DNA of 64,000 nt. Origin: Eledone cirrhosa (Eukaryota). Each line of letters begins with the position of its first letter. Position 1 is the first letter of the stretch. Of the stretch, positions 50,421-64,000 are shown piece by piece. A program made the position numbers and the translations under genes. Below the pieces are notes generated by a model, which worked only from the letters and a program-made list of their open reading frames with translations, was not told where the DNA came from and did not search any database. The DNA lies in the NCBI GenBank assembly GCA_964016885.1, contig OZ024749.1:18166001-18230000 (forward strand), read 5' to 3'.

Positions 50421-50716
50421 CTGAAATAAAATGAAAACGAAATTTCATTTCTCACTCTTAGTATGGCACTTACTTAAATGTAAGTATGTATGTATACGTA
50501 CATACATATATGTATACAGACGTACAGTAGCATGCACATATATATATATATATATATATATTGTTATACTTTGGGAGGGTCATGTTGCCAATAAGAAACA
50601 CACGCACCAGTTGCTTTCACTTCAATTTAATTTAATATATATTTATAAATTTACAAATTTATAAATTTCTGGTTGGTTGGTTGGTTCCACAACCAGATAG
50701 TTGTTTATATATATAT

Positions 50717-50761
50717 AGTCATAGTTCTTTCGTCACACACTCTGTGACCTCTTCAGTGACT
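50717..50761 (-). ncRNA. Hammerhead ribozyme in the inverted pLTR
   Basis: agtca-CTGAAGA-g.gtcaca(gagtg)tgtgac-GAAA-GAAC-TA-tgact. Confidence 0.7.
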
Positions 50762-51833
50762 GGGGATTTCTTTCTTCGTTTCTGTGCCTTTCCTTTCTTC
50801 TATCCTACGCCATTTTGTTTGTGTGTGGGTTGCGTGCTCAGTTTGCGCATGCGCCACATCCGGGTGTCTGTGTGTGTTTGTGTTCATTTTTCTATTTTTC
50901 TATTTATATTTGTTTATTTATTTATTTATTTATTGTTGGTTGGTTGTTTGTTCTATGTGTGTGTGTGTTTTCATTTTGTCTTGTGTGTGTTTTCATTTTG
51001 TGTGTGTTTTCAATTGTAAGTTGTTTGTTCTATGTGTGTGTGTGTTTTCATTTTGTCCTTAATTGTAAGTTGTGATGTTGCTGTTCCACTCATATTTTCT
51101 ATTTAATTTTGGTTTTAATTCTTTTATGCTTACTGCCTCTGTAATTTGCCTAAACATTGCGTCTTTCTTGTGTGTGGATTCTATTTTTATTTCTATGCTC
51201 TCTAATTTACCCCTGTGTTCTATCTTAGCATGTTGGTAGAGCACAGATGATTCTTTACTATCTTGGAGGTCTCGCCAGTGTTCATTTATTCGTTCCCCTA
51301 TACTACGAGCTGTCTCACCTATGTACACTATATTTTAAATATAGTGTACATAGGTGAGACAGCTCGTAGTATAGGGAAACGAATAAATGAACACTGGCGA
51401 GACCTCCAAGATAGTAAAGAATCATCTGTGCTCTACCAACATGCTAAGATAGAACACAGGGGTAAATTAGAGAGCATAGAAATAAAAATAGAATCCACAC
51501 ACAAGAAAGACGCAATGTTTAGGCAAATTACAGAGGCAGTAAGCATAAAAGAATTAAAACCAAAATTAAATAGAAAATATGAGTGGAACAGCAACATCAC
51601 AACTTACAATTAAGGACAAAATGAAAACACACACACACATAGAACAAACAACCAACCAACAATAAATAAATAAATAAACAAACAAATATAAATAGAAAAA
51701 TAGAAAAATGAACACAAACACACACAGACTCCCGGATGTGGCGCATGCGCAAACTGAGCACGCAACCCACACGCAAACAAAATGGCGTAGGATAGAAGAA
51801 AGGAAAGGCACAGAAACGAAGAAAGAAATCCCC

Positions 51834-51878
51834 AGTCACTGAAGAGGTCACAGAGTGTGTGACGAAAGAACTATGACT
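51834..51878 (+). ncRNA. Hammerhead ribozyme in the 5' pLTR
   Basis: Same motif as 50717-50761. Confidence 0.7.
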
Positions 51879-52011
51879 ATATATATATAAACAACTATCT
51901 GGTTGTGGAACCAACCAACCAACCAGAAATTTATAAATTTGTAAATTTATAAATATATATTAAATTAAATTGAAGTGAAAGCAACTGGTGCGTGTGTTTC
52001 TTATTGGCAAC

Positions 52012-55000
52012 ATGACCCTCCCAAAGTATAACAATATCGGTTTCAACACACGATTTCAGATAAAGAATCTTGCTAAACAAATTCAGAAACGAAATATCGT
52101 AAGCCTTAGCCAGGCTAACAAGATACTGAAAACCACCATGTTCTGTTGTCTACGAAAAACCATAACATCTCGACAACTACACTTCATAAAACTGTGCACC
52201 ACTTCTAGAATCTACACCAACACCATCAATACCGACGTTAGAAGATTACAACTCACCAAAAAACAAGCAGATAGGCTAAAACGAACTTTAATTCTAAACA
52301 TAAAAAATAAAAAAGATCTATAGAGAATTAAGTCATCAAGAAAAACTAAAGCGTAACCTAATAGATGAAATATCTAAAATCACCACACCAGCAGAAAAAC
52401 TAACATTTATAAGCCTTATACGCCCCGAAGAACAGTACATTACTCAAGAATGTAATAAGCACTTTAACAGAAAATTAAAGTGGCTTAAACAGGCAAAGCT
52501 AAATCGGGATACTATCGAGTATACCAATAGATATCCCGACAAAATTGACGGTATCAACATGGCCGACACCTCATTATCTGAAGAGTTCAACAATGAAAAT
52601 ACCAACATTTATGGAAACACGGAAATAGATAATAATGAAATGTCTGTGTTACGTCTGCCACCCAAATTTGCGACATTCAAGAAGGTAAATATGATTAGTT
52701 GTCTGTCAGAAATAGAAAAATCATTTACGAAACTACGCTGGAGCATCAAAAACAAAAACAAAAGCAACAATATACGCACACACATATACAACACACATCC
52801 CAACAACAACAGACACACAGACACAAACAACAATAACAACAACAATAGCAACATACCCAGATACAACACCAACAATAGCAACATACCCAGATACAACAGA
52901 CACGCAGACACAAACAACAATAACAACACACACGGAGACAACAATAACAACAACACACACATCAACAACAACACAACAGCAACATACCCAGATACAACAA
53001 CAACAGACACGCAAACACAAACAACAATAACAACACACACAACAACGATAACACACACACACACGGAGACAACAACACACATCAACAACAACACACATCA
53101 ACAACAACAACACACACACATTCAATGCCTCTCACCACCACTACAATCTTAACAAACACACAGACACAGAAAACAAGTAATGACAGTAGCACAGAAATCA
53201 GAGAAATAAGAGAAAGTAATAGGATTAAAAGGAGTAGGGAGACTAAGGACAAAGAGAATAACCAAGACGAACACACAGACACACAAAATAGGGTAGATAA
53301 CAACATTGAGCCAGTGGAAAGAGACAGGAGTAATTATGAGAGACACAGAAACAACCATGAAGCTGAGGCTGCTGCTGTTGGTGGAAATAGAAACAACACA
53401 ACTAACAATAGCACTAGTACACATAAAGCAGCAGCCTGGAACTCTCCGTTTTATAACCCCTCCGATAAATCATTCGACCTACGACGAGTCCACGCCACGA
53501 CTTTGCCATTTAACAAACGCACGCAGTTGCCGTCGCAGGTCGATGAACAAACAGAAGCACAATTTAGTATAGCTAAATCCGAACTTAGAAATATTATAGA
53601 ACAGTATAGCAAGAAGCATAATAGAATAGAGGCCCAGCAACTGGGAGAAGAATCTGCAAATGGCTTGCGTAAGCTCATGCAGCGCTCGCGTAATGGAGAG
53701 ATAGCATGCTTTCCAACAGACAAGTCTGGCAGAATGTCGGTTGACAGCCTGCCAAACTACATCCAGGCAATGCAACCCCACATCACTAACACAAGAGAGG
53801 TAACACCACAGGAGCATGAGGATAGAGAAAAAACCCTCAATGCCCATATGGTGATGTGGACAAATATAATGCAGCCCAACAAAAGGACTGCCAACAACTT
53901 CCAGGCCTGGAACAATGACGTGCCGGCGTTGTATGGGCTTCGAAAAGACCATAAAACGGGCTGGGACCCTGTCGCGGGACCACCAACACGGCCAGTCTGT
54001 GGGGCTAACATTGCTAGTAACTACAGACTGTCCTACTTCCTCTCCCTGATCATACGCCCCATCATTGAGATGTCCCCAGATGTGTGTGACAGCACGGAGG
54101 ACCTCCTCAGCAGAATCGGCGCGGGTAACCGATCTGGGGACCTAACAAACTGCATAATAGGCAGTATGGATGTTGTGTCCCTGTATCCATCTATTGACGT
54201 GGATTTTGCTGTGGAGAAATGCGTCGAAATGATCAGCGAGAGCAAGGTTGAGTTCCGTGGGATTGATACCAGTGAGCTGGGACATCTACTTAAGCTTACC
54301 CATAGTAATAGTTACCTAGACACTTATGACCTTAGGAACCTGTGCCCTACAAGACCAGCAAGAGGCAGACCACCTACCATTACCTCAATGGCCAAGAAAA
54401 CCCACACAGATAGATGGAACGGGTGGACCAGAGCCATACGGACACCCGAAAACCACGATGAACTGAAGAAAATGATTGCACATGCGGTAGGGGCCAGCAT
54501 AAAATTAACCCTTAAGGAACATATGTTCAAATTTAATGGTAAAACATATGCCCAAGAGGAAGGAGCAGCCATTGGTGTTAGCATTGCAGGCGACATAGCT
54601 AACTTGTTCATGGTATGGTGGGACAGTAGACTTAAACAAAAACTTAATGAACAATTAGAAGACAGCTTAACCCTGATAATGTACTCCCGCTACGTAGATG
54701 ATATAAACATCGTAGTTAAGACACCCCCACTAAAGAACAGTCAGGAACCAGAGAAAAACACAATGGAAAGCATCCAGCAAATAGCAAACTCCATCCACCA
54801 GAGCATTAGAGTTACTATAGACTACCCAAGTAGACACCCCAACCATCGATTACCTGTACTAGACACAGAGCTCTGGTTAGATACTATTAACACCAAAAAC
54901 AAATCCTCCATTCCCATTATGCCAAACCCATGACTTCCTAACATCTGATCCACCGAAACCCGGCCATTTCGGACCATACCAAAATCAACATACTGATTGC

Positions 55001-55820
55001 GGATTTGGTACGGGTGATGAGAAATGTGTCCCGCATGTGCAACCCCGAAGAACTAGAGAGACACATACAACACTTCATCCACCGTATGCAGTTCTCTGGC
55101 TACAATCAGAGAGATAGAATCAGAGTGTATAAAGGAGCCAGAACCAAATGGGAAAAAATGGTAAATAATGACATAAATGGGACCTGCCCCTTGTATAGGA
55201 GCAAATTTTGGAATAGAATAGAAAGAACTAAGAACAAGGCCAATAGAATAAACTCATGGTATGATAGCAATAAATACCAGAGTGTAATGTTCATCAATAC
55301 AACCCCTAGAGGCGAACTAGCCTACAAATTTAGAAGGGCCCTAAAGAAACATAATCTCAATATTAAGATAGTAGAAAGACCTGGTACCTCCGTAAAAACA
55401 CTTATTAGCAAGACATACCCGTTCCAAAGACCCTCATGTATAGATAAGAAATGTATAACCTGTAAAATAAGCCCCCATATTAACTGTAAAACTAGAAATG
55501 TAGTATATAGCATAAGATGTACTGAAGGACAATGTAGAAACAAAAATATAGTGTACATAGGTGAGACAGCTCGTAGTATAAGGGAACGAATAAATGAACA
55601 CTGGCGAGACCTCCAAGATAGTAAAGAATCATCTGTGCTCTACCAACATGCTAAGATAGAACACAGGGGTAAATTAGAGAGCATAGAAATAAAAATAGAA
55701 TCCACACACAAGAAAGACGCAATGTTTAGGCAAATTACAGAGGCAGTAAGCATAAAAGAATTAAAACCAAAATTAAATAGAAAATATGAGTGGAACAGCA
55801 ACATCACAACTTACAATTAA
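52012..55820 (+). pseudogene. PLE RT plus GIY-YIG endonuclease (few frameshifts/stops; Asn/Thr-rich insert)
   Basis: LPPKFA, TDKSGR, LYGLRKDHK, RPVCGA, SMDVVSLYPSI, GAAIG..IANLFM, RYVDDI, LPVLDTEL, NVVYSIRC..VYIGETARS..RINEH. Confidence 0.9.
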
Positions 55821-56117
55821 GGACAAAATGAAAACACACACACACATAGAACAAACAACTTACAGTTGAAAACACACACAAAATGAAAACACACACAAGA
55901 CAAAATGAAAACACACACACACATATAACAAACAACCAACCAACAATAAATAAATAAATAAACAAACAAATATAAATAGAAAAATAGAAAAATGAACACA
56001 AACACACACAGACACCCGGATGTGGCGCATGCGCAAACTGAGCACGCAACCCACACACAAACAAAATGGCGTAGGATAGAAGAAAGGAAAGGCACAGAAA
56101 CGAAGAAAGAAATCCCC

Positions 56118-56162
56118 AGTCACTGAAGAGGTCACAGAGTGTGTGACGAAAGAACTATGACT
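56118..56162 (+). ncRNA. Hammerhead ribozyme in the 3' pLTR
   Basis: Same motif as 50717-50761. Confidence 0.7.
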
Positions 56163-56375
56163 ATATATATATAAACAACTATCTGGTTGTGGAACCAACC
56201 AACCAACCAGAAATTTATAAATTTGTAAATTTATAAATATATATTAAATTAAATTGAAGTGAAAGCAACTGGTGCGTGTGTTTCTTATTGGCAACATGAC
56301 CCTCCCAAAGTATAACAATATCGGTTTCAACACACGATTTCAGATAAAGAATCTTGCTAAACAAATTCAGAAACG

Positions 56376-56442
<67 letters not shown>

Positions 56443-56507
56443 TACAGGTACACATACATATATGCACGCATCAGTTTAGCGGACGCTTATTATATATACA
56501 TTTATAT

Positions 56508-56538
<31 letters not shown>

Positions 56539-56545
56539 AATGTAT

Positions 56546-56604
<59 letters not shown>

Positions 56605-56613
56605 AATATATAT

Positions 56614-56644
<31 letters not shown>

Positions 56645-56645
56645 A

Positions 56646-56768
<123 letters not shown>

Positions 56769-56813
56769 AAAATATATATATATATATATAAATATGTATA
56801 TATATATAAATAT

Positions 56814-56850
<37 letters not shown>

Positions 56851-56959
56851 AATATATATATATAAATATGTATATATATATAAATATATATATATATATA
56901 AATAAATATATATATATATATATAAATATATATATATATAAATATACATATATATATAT

Positions 56960-57048
<89 letters not shown>

Positions 57049-57053
<5 letters not shown>

Positions 57054-58814
57054 CAAAGTACCAAATAAGGATGAACGTGAAAAACTGAATACAGATGCCT
57101 CTTGTATAATGCATGAACTAGACATTGAAAATAAAACACAACCCTTCATGCCAAGGAAACCTAAGATTAATATGAAGCATCACAAAAGAAACTTTGAAAA
57201 TGATTTACCAGTCTAAATCTTACCATCTAAATCTGACCTGGACAGACTTAGTAAAAATATTCTAGACAGAATAATACAACAAATTAAGAATTTACCTAAT
57301 TTATCTTACTTAAAATTATGGAAAGGGACTAGTGAGGTTATCGATTGGTTTAAAGAAATTAAATATAACTATAATAATAAGTTTATTCAGTTGGATATTG
57401 CTAACTACTACTCATCTATCACTCCTAATCTACTGAATAAGGCACTAACTACGCATTTAAACATTCAGACCTAACTAGCAATGAAATGCACATTATATTA
57501 TCGGCACGGAAAACATTAATAGAATTTAATAACCAACTAGGGTAGATAGAAATAATAATTTTGACTTCAGACTCAGCTCAGGTAACAAACCTTGTGGGCC
57601 TATTTATAATTAATTCTCTACATAGAAAAATACCAGGTGTAACCGGAGGCTTATATCGTGACGACATGCTTTTACTTATAGAAAATAATAGCTGTGAACT
57701 CAATAGAAAAAGAAAACAAATTATACAATTTTTTAATTACCTTAATCTAAAAGTAGAAATAGAGAATAACCATAAAATAGTCAATTTTCTAGATGTAACA
57801 CTAAATCTCAACACATGTCTTCATTATCCATTTCACAAACTAAATGAGAACTTAGATTATGTCAATTTTAACTCTAATCACCCCAGATCCGTTAAAAATA
57901 CTATAGTGAACTCTGTACAAGAAAGAATTTCAAGAATTTCATCGAATACGAATATATTTGATGAAAAAGCGCATTATTACAACGAAGCGATAGGTAGAAC
58001 TGGGTATAGAAATAAAATTAAATACATCGATAATAATAATAATATAAAAACTAACCAAAATAATAACAACTTTAATTATGGTAACAATTTTAACAACTAT
58101 AATAGAAAACATTACAATAATTCCGAAAGCCGAAAAAGAAATAGAACTAGGAATATATTATGGTTCGCTCCTCCTTTCTCACTAAATATTAAAACCCCTA
58201 TTGCTAAACTATTCTTTAAAGCTCTTGACAAACGCTTCCCTAGAACACATAGATATTACTCAATTTTTAATAGACATACTATAAAATTAACTTACTCTTC
58301 CACCAAAAATTTAGCGCAAAATATTAATAGAATTAATAATAGAAATTTAAAACCTAACCAAAATACCAATAATAACCCAAGCAATATTCAATCGAATAAT
58401 TGTAACTGTAGAAATAAATCCAACTGTCCGTTAAATAACAACTGCTTAGCTAAAAATGTAGTTTATAATTGTAATGTTAAAACGAATTTAAATTCATTTA
58501 ATTATGTCGGTTCCACCTCCACAGAGTTTAAATCCCGCTTCAATAATCATAAAAATTCTTTTACAGATCCAAACAAAAAATCTAGCCTATTATGGGACCT
58601 AAAACGAGATAATGTTGAATATTCGCTGATTTGGAATATTATTTCATAAGCTACTCCTTTTAATTCCTCTTCAGAAAATTGCGATCTTTGTATTGAGGAA
58701 ATATTCTTTATATTAAAGACCAAAAATTCCCTTAATTTAAGGAATAATTTATTCAGTTGCTGCAGACATAGATTGAACTCAACGTTTAAATATAAATATA
58801 AATTTAAAATGTAG
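57049..58814 (+). pseudogene. Naiad-type PLE 3, 5'-truncated RT plus GIY-YIG
   Basis: PSKSDLDRLSKNILDRI, QLDIANYYSSI, GLYRDD, NFLDVTLNL, SNHP, WFAPPFS, CNCRNKSNCPLNNNCL, VVY..YVGST, CDLC, CRH. Confidence 0.88.
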
Positions 58815-60510
58815 TATAATTAATTAAGTAATTTGGTTAATATATGAAACCTGTCGATAAATCATTAGATTCCTTCACCCTTTTCATTTTCTTTGGTTAA
58901 GTACTCAAGTATAAATAAATTTTCTTCCTAAATATAAATATAAATACAATAAACTATTCTAGAAAAGTTTATCCTTTCAATATCTTGAGTAAAATATACG
59001 TAAGATAAATTTCTATACTAAATATATTAAACATATTATTTTAACTTAAAATATTCTATAATATTTAAAAATATTTTAATATTTTGATATTTGTAGAATT
59101 CTTTTGTTTTTTAAGTTATATTGATATAATATTTTATTTACATTTTATTAGGTTTACTTTTATTCTGATAGCTTCTCATAATTTTCAAAAGTTTATCCTT
59201 TCAATATCTTGAATAAAATATACGTAAGATACATTTCTATACTAAATCTATTAAACATATTATTTTAGCTTAAAATATTCTATAATATTTTAAAATATTT
59301 TAATATTTTGATATTTGTAGGATTCCTTTGTTTTTAGGTTATATTGATATAATTATATTTCCAATATATAATCCTTTTGTATTTTATATACTCAATTATA
59401 CTATGTAATATATTGATGTATACTTATCTCTATACGACTAAGTATGTATGTATGTATGTGTATTAACATACATATGCATGTGTTGTATGAATTTTTATGA
59501 ATATATGGCTGTCTGTATATATGCATGAGTGACGCATGTCTACCAATTGGGCGAAGATGCACACACATGTTTATATATGTATATGTAAGAATTGTGTGTG
59601 TACATGTACATGTGTACCCATGCAATTTGATTGCAGATATGCATAATTTAACAGCCATAAATGCATGAAAGTTAATCCTATATATTTATATATATATACT
59701 AAAAATTTTTTATTTAATAACACAAGGAATATATAGTAGTAATAAAAAAAATCATTTATGCTTTGTATGTATATATTATATGCGGAAGTAGATATAGTGT
59801 GTATTTTCTGAGTGTGTGTGTGTATATATATATATTTATGTATTTTTGCGTATATGTACGTGCTATATGATAGGTAATTTCTCAAGCAATATATATATTT
59901 CGTAATGTTTAAATTCCAATTTTTAATATATTGATCTCAATTTTTAAACTAAATATCTAATCATAACTAAACAATGATTAATTTCTCATATTATATATGT
60001 ATATTCCATTCATGAATATTAATATTTCTAATTTTATTTATTCATTTCATCTCAATTATTAACTCAACTTAATATGACATGACTTAAGGTTTTCGTTCTC
60101 TCCCCCTCTCTCTATCTCTATATTTCTCTCTCTTGATTTTTTCTCTGTCTGGTGGTTGGATATCTCTCTGTTGTTTTTCTCTGTTTTCTTTCTTTCTTTT
60201 CTCTTTCTTCTTTTTCTTTATTTATCTCTCCCTTTCTTTTCTCCACTTTTATCTCTCTCGGTTTCTCTCTCCGTCTTTTTCCGTCTCCTTAAAACAACGA
60301 CTTACTAAAATAAAGAAACCACTATCCTGATGTCTTCCAAAAGTAACGGTCGCATTTTGAAAGCGTACGTCAATGTTTATTTATAAAACTGGTATATATT
60401 GTATTTTGTCTGATGAAGGCATACCATAATTTAACATGGTATCCTTGAAATATGTATAATGAAATAAATATGGTTTTATAAATATAGTTTCCATTTATTA
60501 ATATCGTATA
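58815..60510 (+). mobile_element. Probable long 3' UTR of PLE 3, with ~225-bp tandem duplication (58963/59188) and terminal HHR
   Basis: Continuous AT-rich sequence from the ORF end to an HHR and (TA)n. Confidence 0.55.
60403..60465 (+). ncRNA. Minimal type I hammerhead ribozyme
   Basis: attttgt-CTGATGA-agg.ataccat...atggtat.cct.t-GAAA-TATGTA-TA-atgaaat. Inverted copy at 63288-63350 (CTGACGA). Confidence 0.65.
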
Positions 60511-60543
60511 AATATATATATATATAAATAAATATATAAATAT

Positions 60544-60653
<110 letters not shown>

Positions 60654-60669
60654 TATATATATGTATATA

Positions 60670-61114
60670 TAAACGGAAAAAATGAAACGAAATTTCATTT
60701 CCCACTCTTAGTACGGCTGTTACTTAAATATAAGTATGTACACGTACATACATATATGTATACAGACGTACAGTAGTATGTATATATATATACATACATG
60801 CACACATATATATATGTACGTATGGATTCACCGAAAATTATTATAATGCTCGGTGTGTTTGTAAACAAACATCCCGTATTAAGCCGTAGTGTCTAGCAAC
60901 TATCGTTGCTCATTTGTTCAACACTGACAAAGGAACGCTGTACTAGTTTCAAGCTTATTAGCTATCGTCAGCAACGTATACCTTCCTGCCAGATTGTTGA
61001 ACGTATATACTTACTTTATGCATATTAACGGCTGAGTAGCCCAATTTGCATATCGAGTGAGTTAATGGACCGGGTGCACCGAAAACGATAAACGGAAAAA
61101 ATGAAACGAAATTT
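60670..61114 (-). mobile_element. Family A unit (period 419), HHR at 60935-60977
   Basis: TAAACGGAAAAAATGAAACGAAATTT at both ends. acgttg-CTGACGA..GAAACTAGTA-cagcgt. Confidence 0.8.
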
Positions 61115-61672
61115 GGTCATTTGCAATACAAACACTTATATACTTGTATTAGTGTTTATCATATATTAATTTGTATTTCACGGCTCAGAAATATCTCTTT
61201 CTTTGAGCTATTTAATTGTAAAAGACTGTTTGAGTTTATAACTCTATATATAGTATTATCGGCTCCATATGTTGAGCTAAATTTTTTAGTCCCATAAAAA
61301 CGGCTGCTATTTCTGGCGGCACGAGTATAGGATTGGCTAGACGCTGGGGCACCATGTGCGTTAAACAACACAGTTCTCTCAGTCTTCCTAAGTATTTTCA
61401 AGTGAAACATACGAATTTCTGGATACCTGCAGCTGAGCACAGAAATGGAATTTTCACTCATTGTTGCGAAACAGATTTGAGTTTTGAAATTTACATTTGT
61501 CCAGGTATCACGGCTATTGCCAATATGGGTTTGTTTTTATTGATTTATTATTTTAAATCGAGACAGGCAAACTGTATTAATTTAATTAGTATTTTTCAAT
61601 CTAGCTAACTTGGTCATTTCCAATACAAACACTTATATACTTGTATTAGTGTTTATCATATATTAATTTGTA
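61113..61672 (+). mobile_element. Family C unit, 497-bp period with ~60-bp terminal redundancy
   Basis: 61113-61173 is repeated at 61610-61672. Homologous to 16090-16560. Confidence 0.65.
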
Positions 61673-63242
<1,570 letters not shown>

Positions 63243-63470
63243 TATACGATATTAACAAATGGAAACTATATTTATAAAACCATATTTATTTCATTATACA
63301 TATTTCAAGGATACCAAGTTAAATTATGGTATGCCTTCGTCAGACAAAATAGTTTCCATTTGTTAATATCGTATATCTACTCCAAATAATTGTCGAGTGC
63401 TTTATATCAGTTATAAAAATATTTGCTTGTTGTATCCCAACAATTTAAATAGAACTTTTGCATAAATATA
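63243..63470. mobile_element. Rearranged terminus of the PLE 3 family (inverted HHR segment plus direct continuation)
   Basis: 63243-63351 is the reverse complement of 60402-60510. From 63351 the sequence restarts at AGTTTCCATTT.TTAATATCGTATA. Confidence 0.7.
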
Positions 63471-63471
63471 T

Positions 63472-63607
<136 letters not shown>

Positions 63608-63893
63608 CGGCGATGAATTAGTTATGCGAGGTTTTTTATATGAAATCGTGTGTCGAAACAAATATTTTTATACTTGGGTAGGATCATATTTGTGTAATAT
63701 TGCCAGAATTAATAACAGAACACACTCACTGTTCGGTTGGTTTTCGCTTTTCGCTTCTGTGTCTTTTATATCGGTAATCTAATTTATTCGGTCCTCCATG
63801 TTGCCATTGACTGACCAACGGTCAAAAATAATACAGATACAATGTAGACACAAACACATATATATAGTTTATCAAATATATATATATATAAAT

Positions 63894-63926
<33 letters not shown>

Positions 63927-63927
63927 A

Positions 63928-64000
<73 letters not shown>

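Larger units (their letters stand above)
50558..56380 (+). mobile_element. Near full-length Penelope-like element 2 with inverted and direct pseudo-LTRs
   Basis: Inverted copy 50558-51335. Direct copy 51337-52097 repeats at 55544-56380. RT and GIY-YIG ORF between. Inserted in (TA)n. Confidence 0.92.

Noticed and set aside
52760-53120. Separate Asn/Thr-rich or Cys/Val-rich gene
   Set aside because: Low-complexity (CAA/CA) expansion inside the PLE ORF.

Overview
AT-rich, repeat-dense eukaryotic DNA. It is most likely cephalopod (Octopus-like), inferred from the tandem C2H2 zinc-finger exon, abundant RTE LINEs and SINEs, and very long (TA)n tracts. Host genes: one 12-finger C2H2 ZNF exon (+) and minus-strand RING/ankyrin exons (MIB-like, possibly a partial or pseudo copy). 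The rest is nested mobile DNA: Tigger/pogo carrying a telomere-repeat MITE, hAT carrying a piggyBac, RTE, CR1-like and Dong/R4-like LINEs, a Helitron helicase relic, a non-autonomous Helitron, and three Penelope-like elements (PLEs; two Naiad-type). The most striking hidden signal is roughly 15 minimal type I hammerhead ribozyme (HHR) motifs read by eye, several with non-canonical cores. Some sit in non-coding, terminally redundant ~410-590 bp units inserted in (TA)n; copies of the multi-copy family are circularly permuted. These look like retrozyme-type (circular RNA) elements mobilised by PLEs. All RNA folds and alignments were done by eye; no searches were run.
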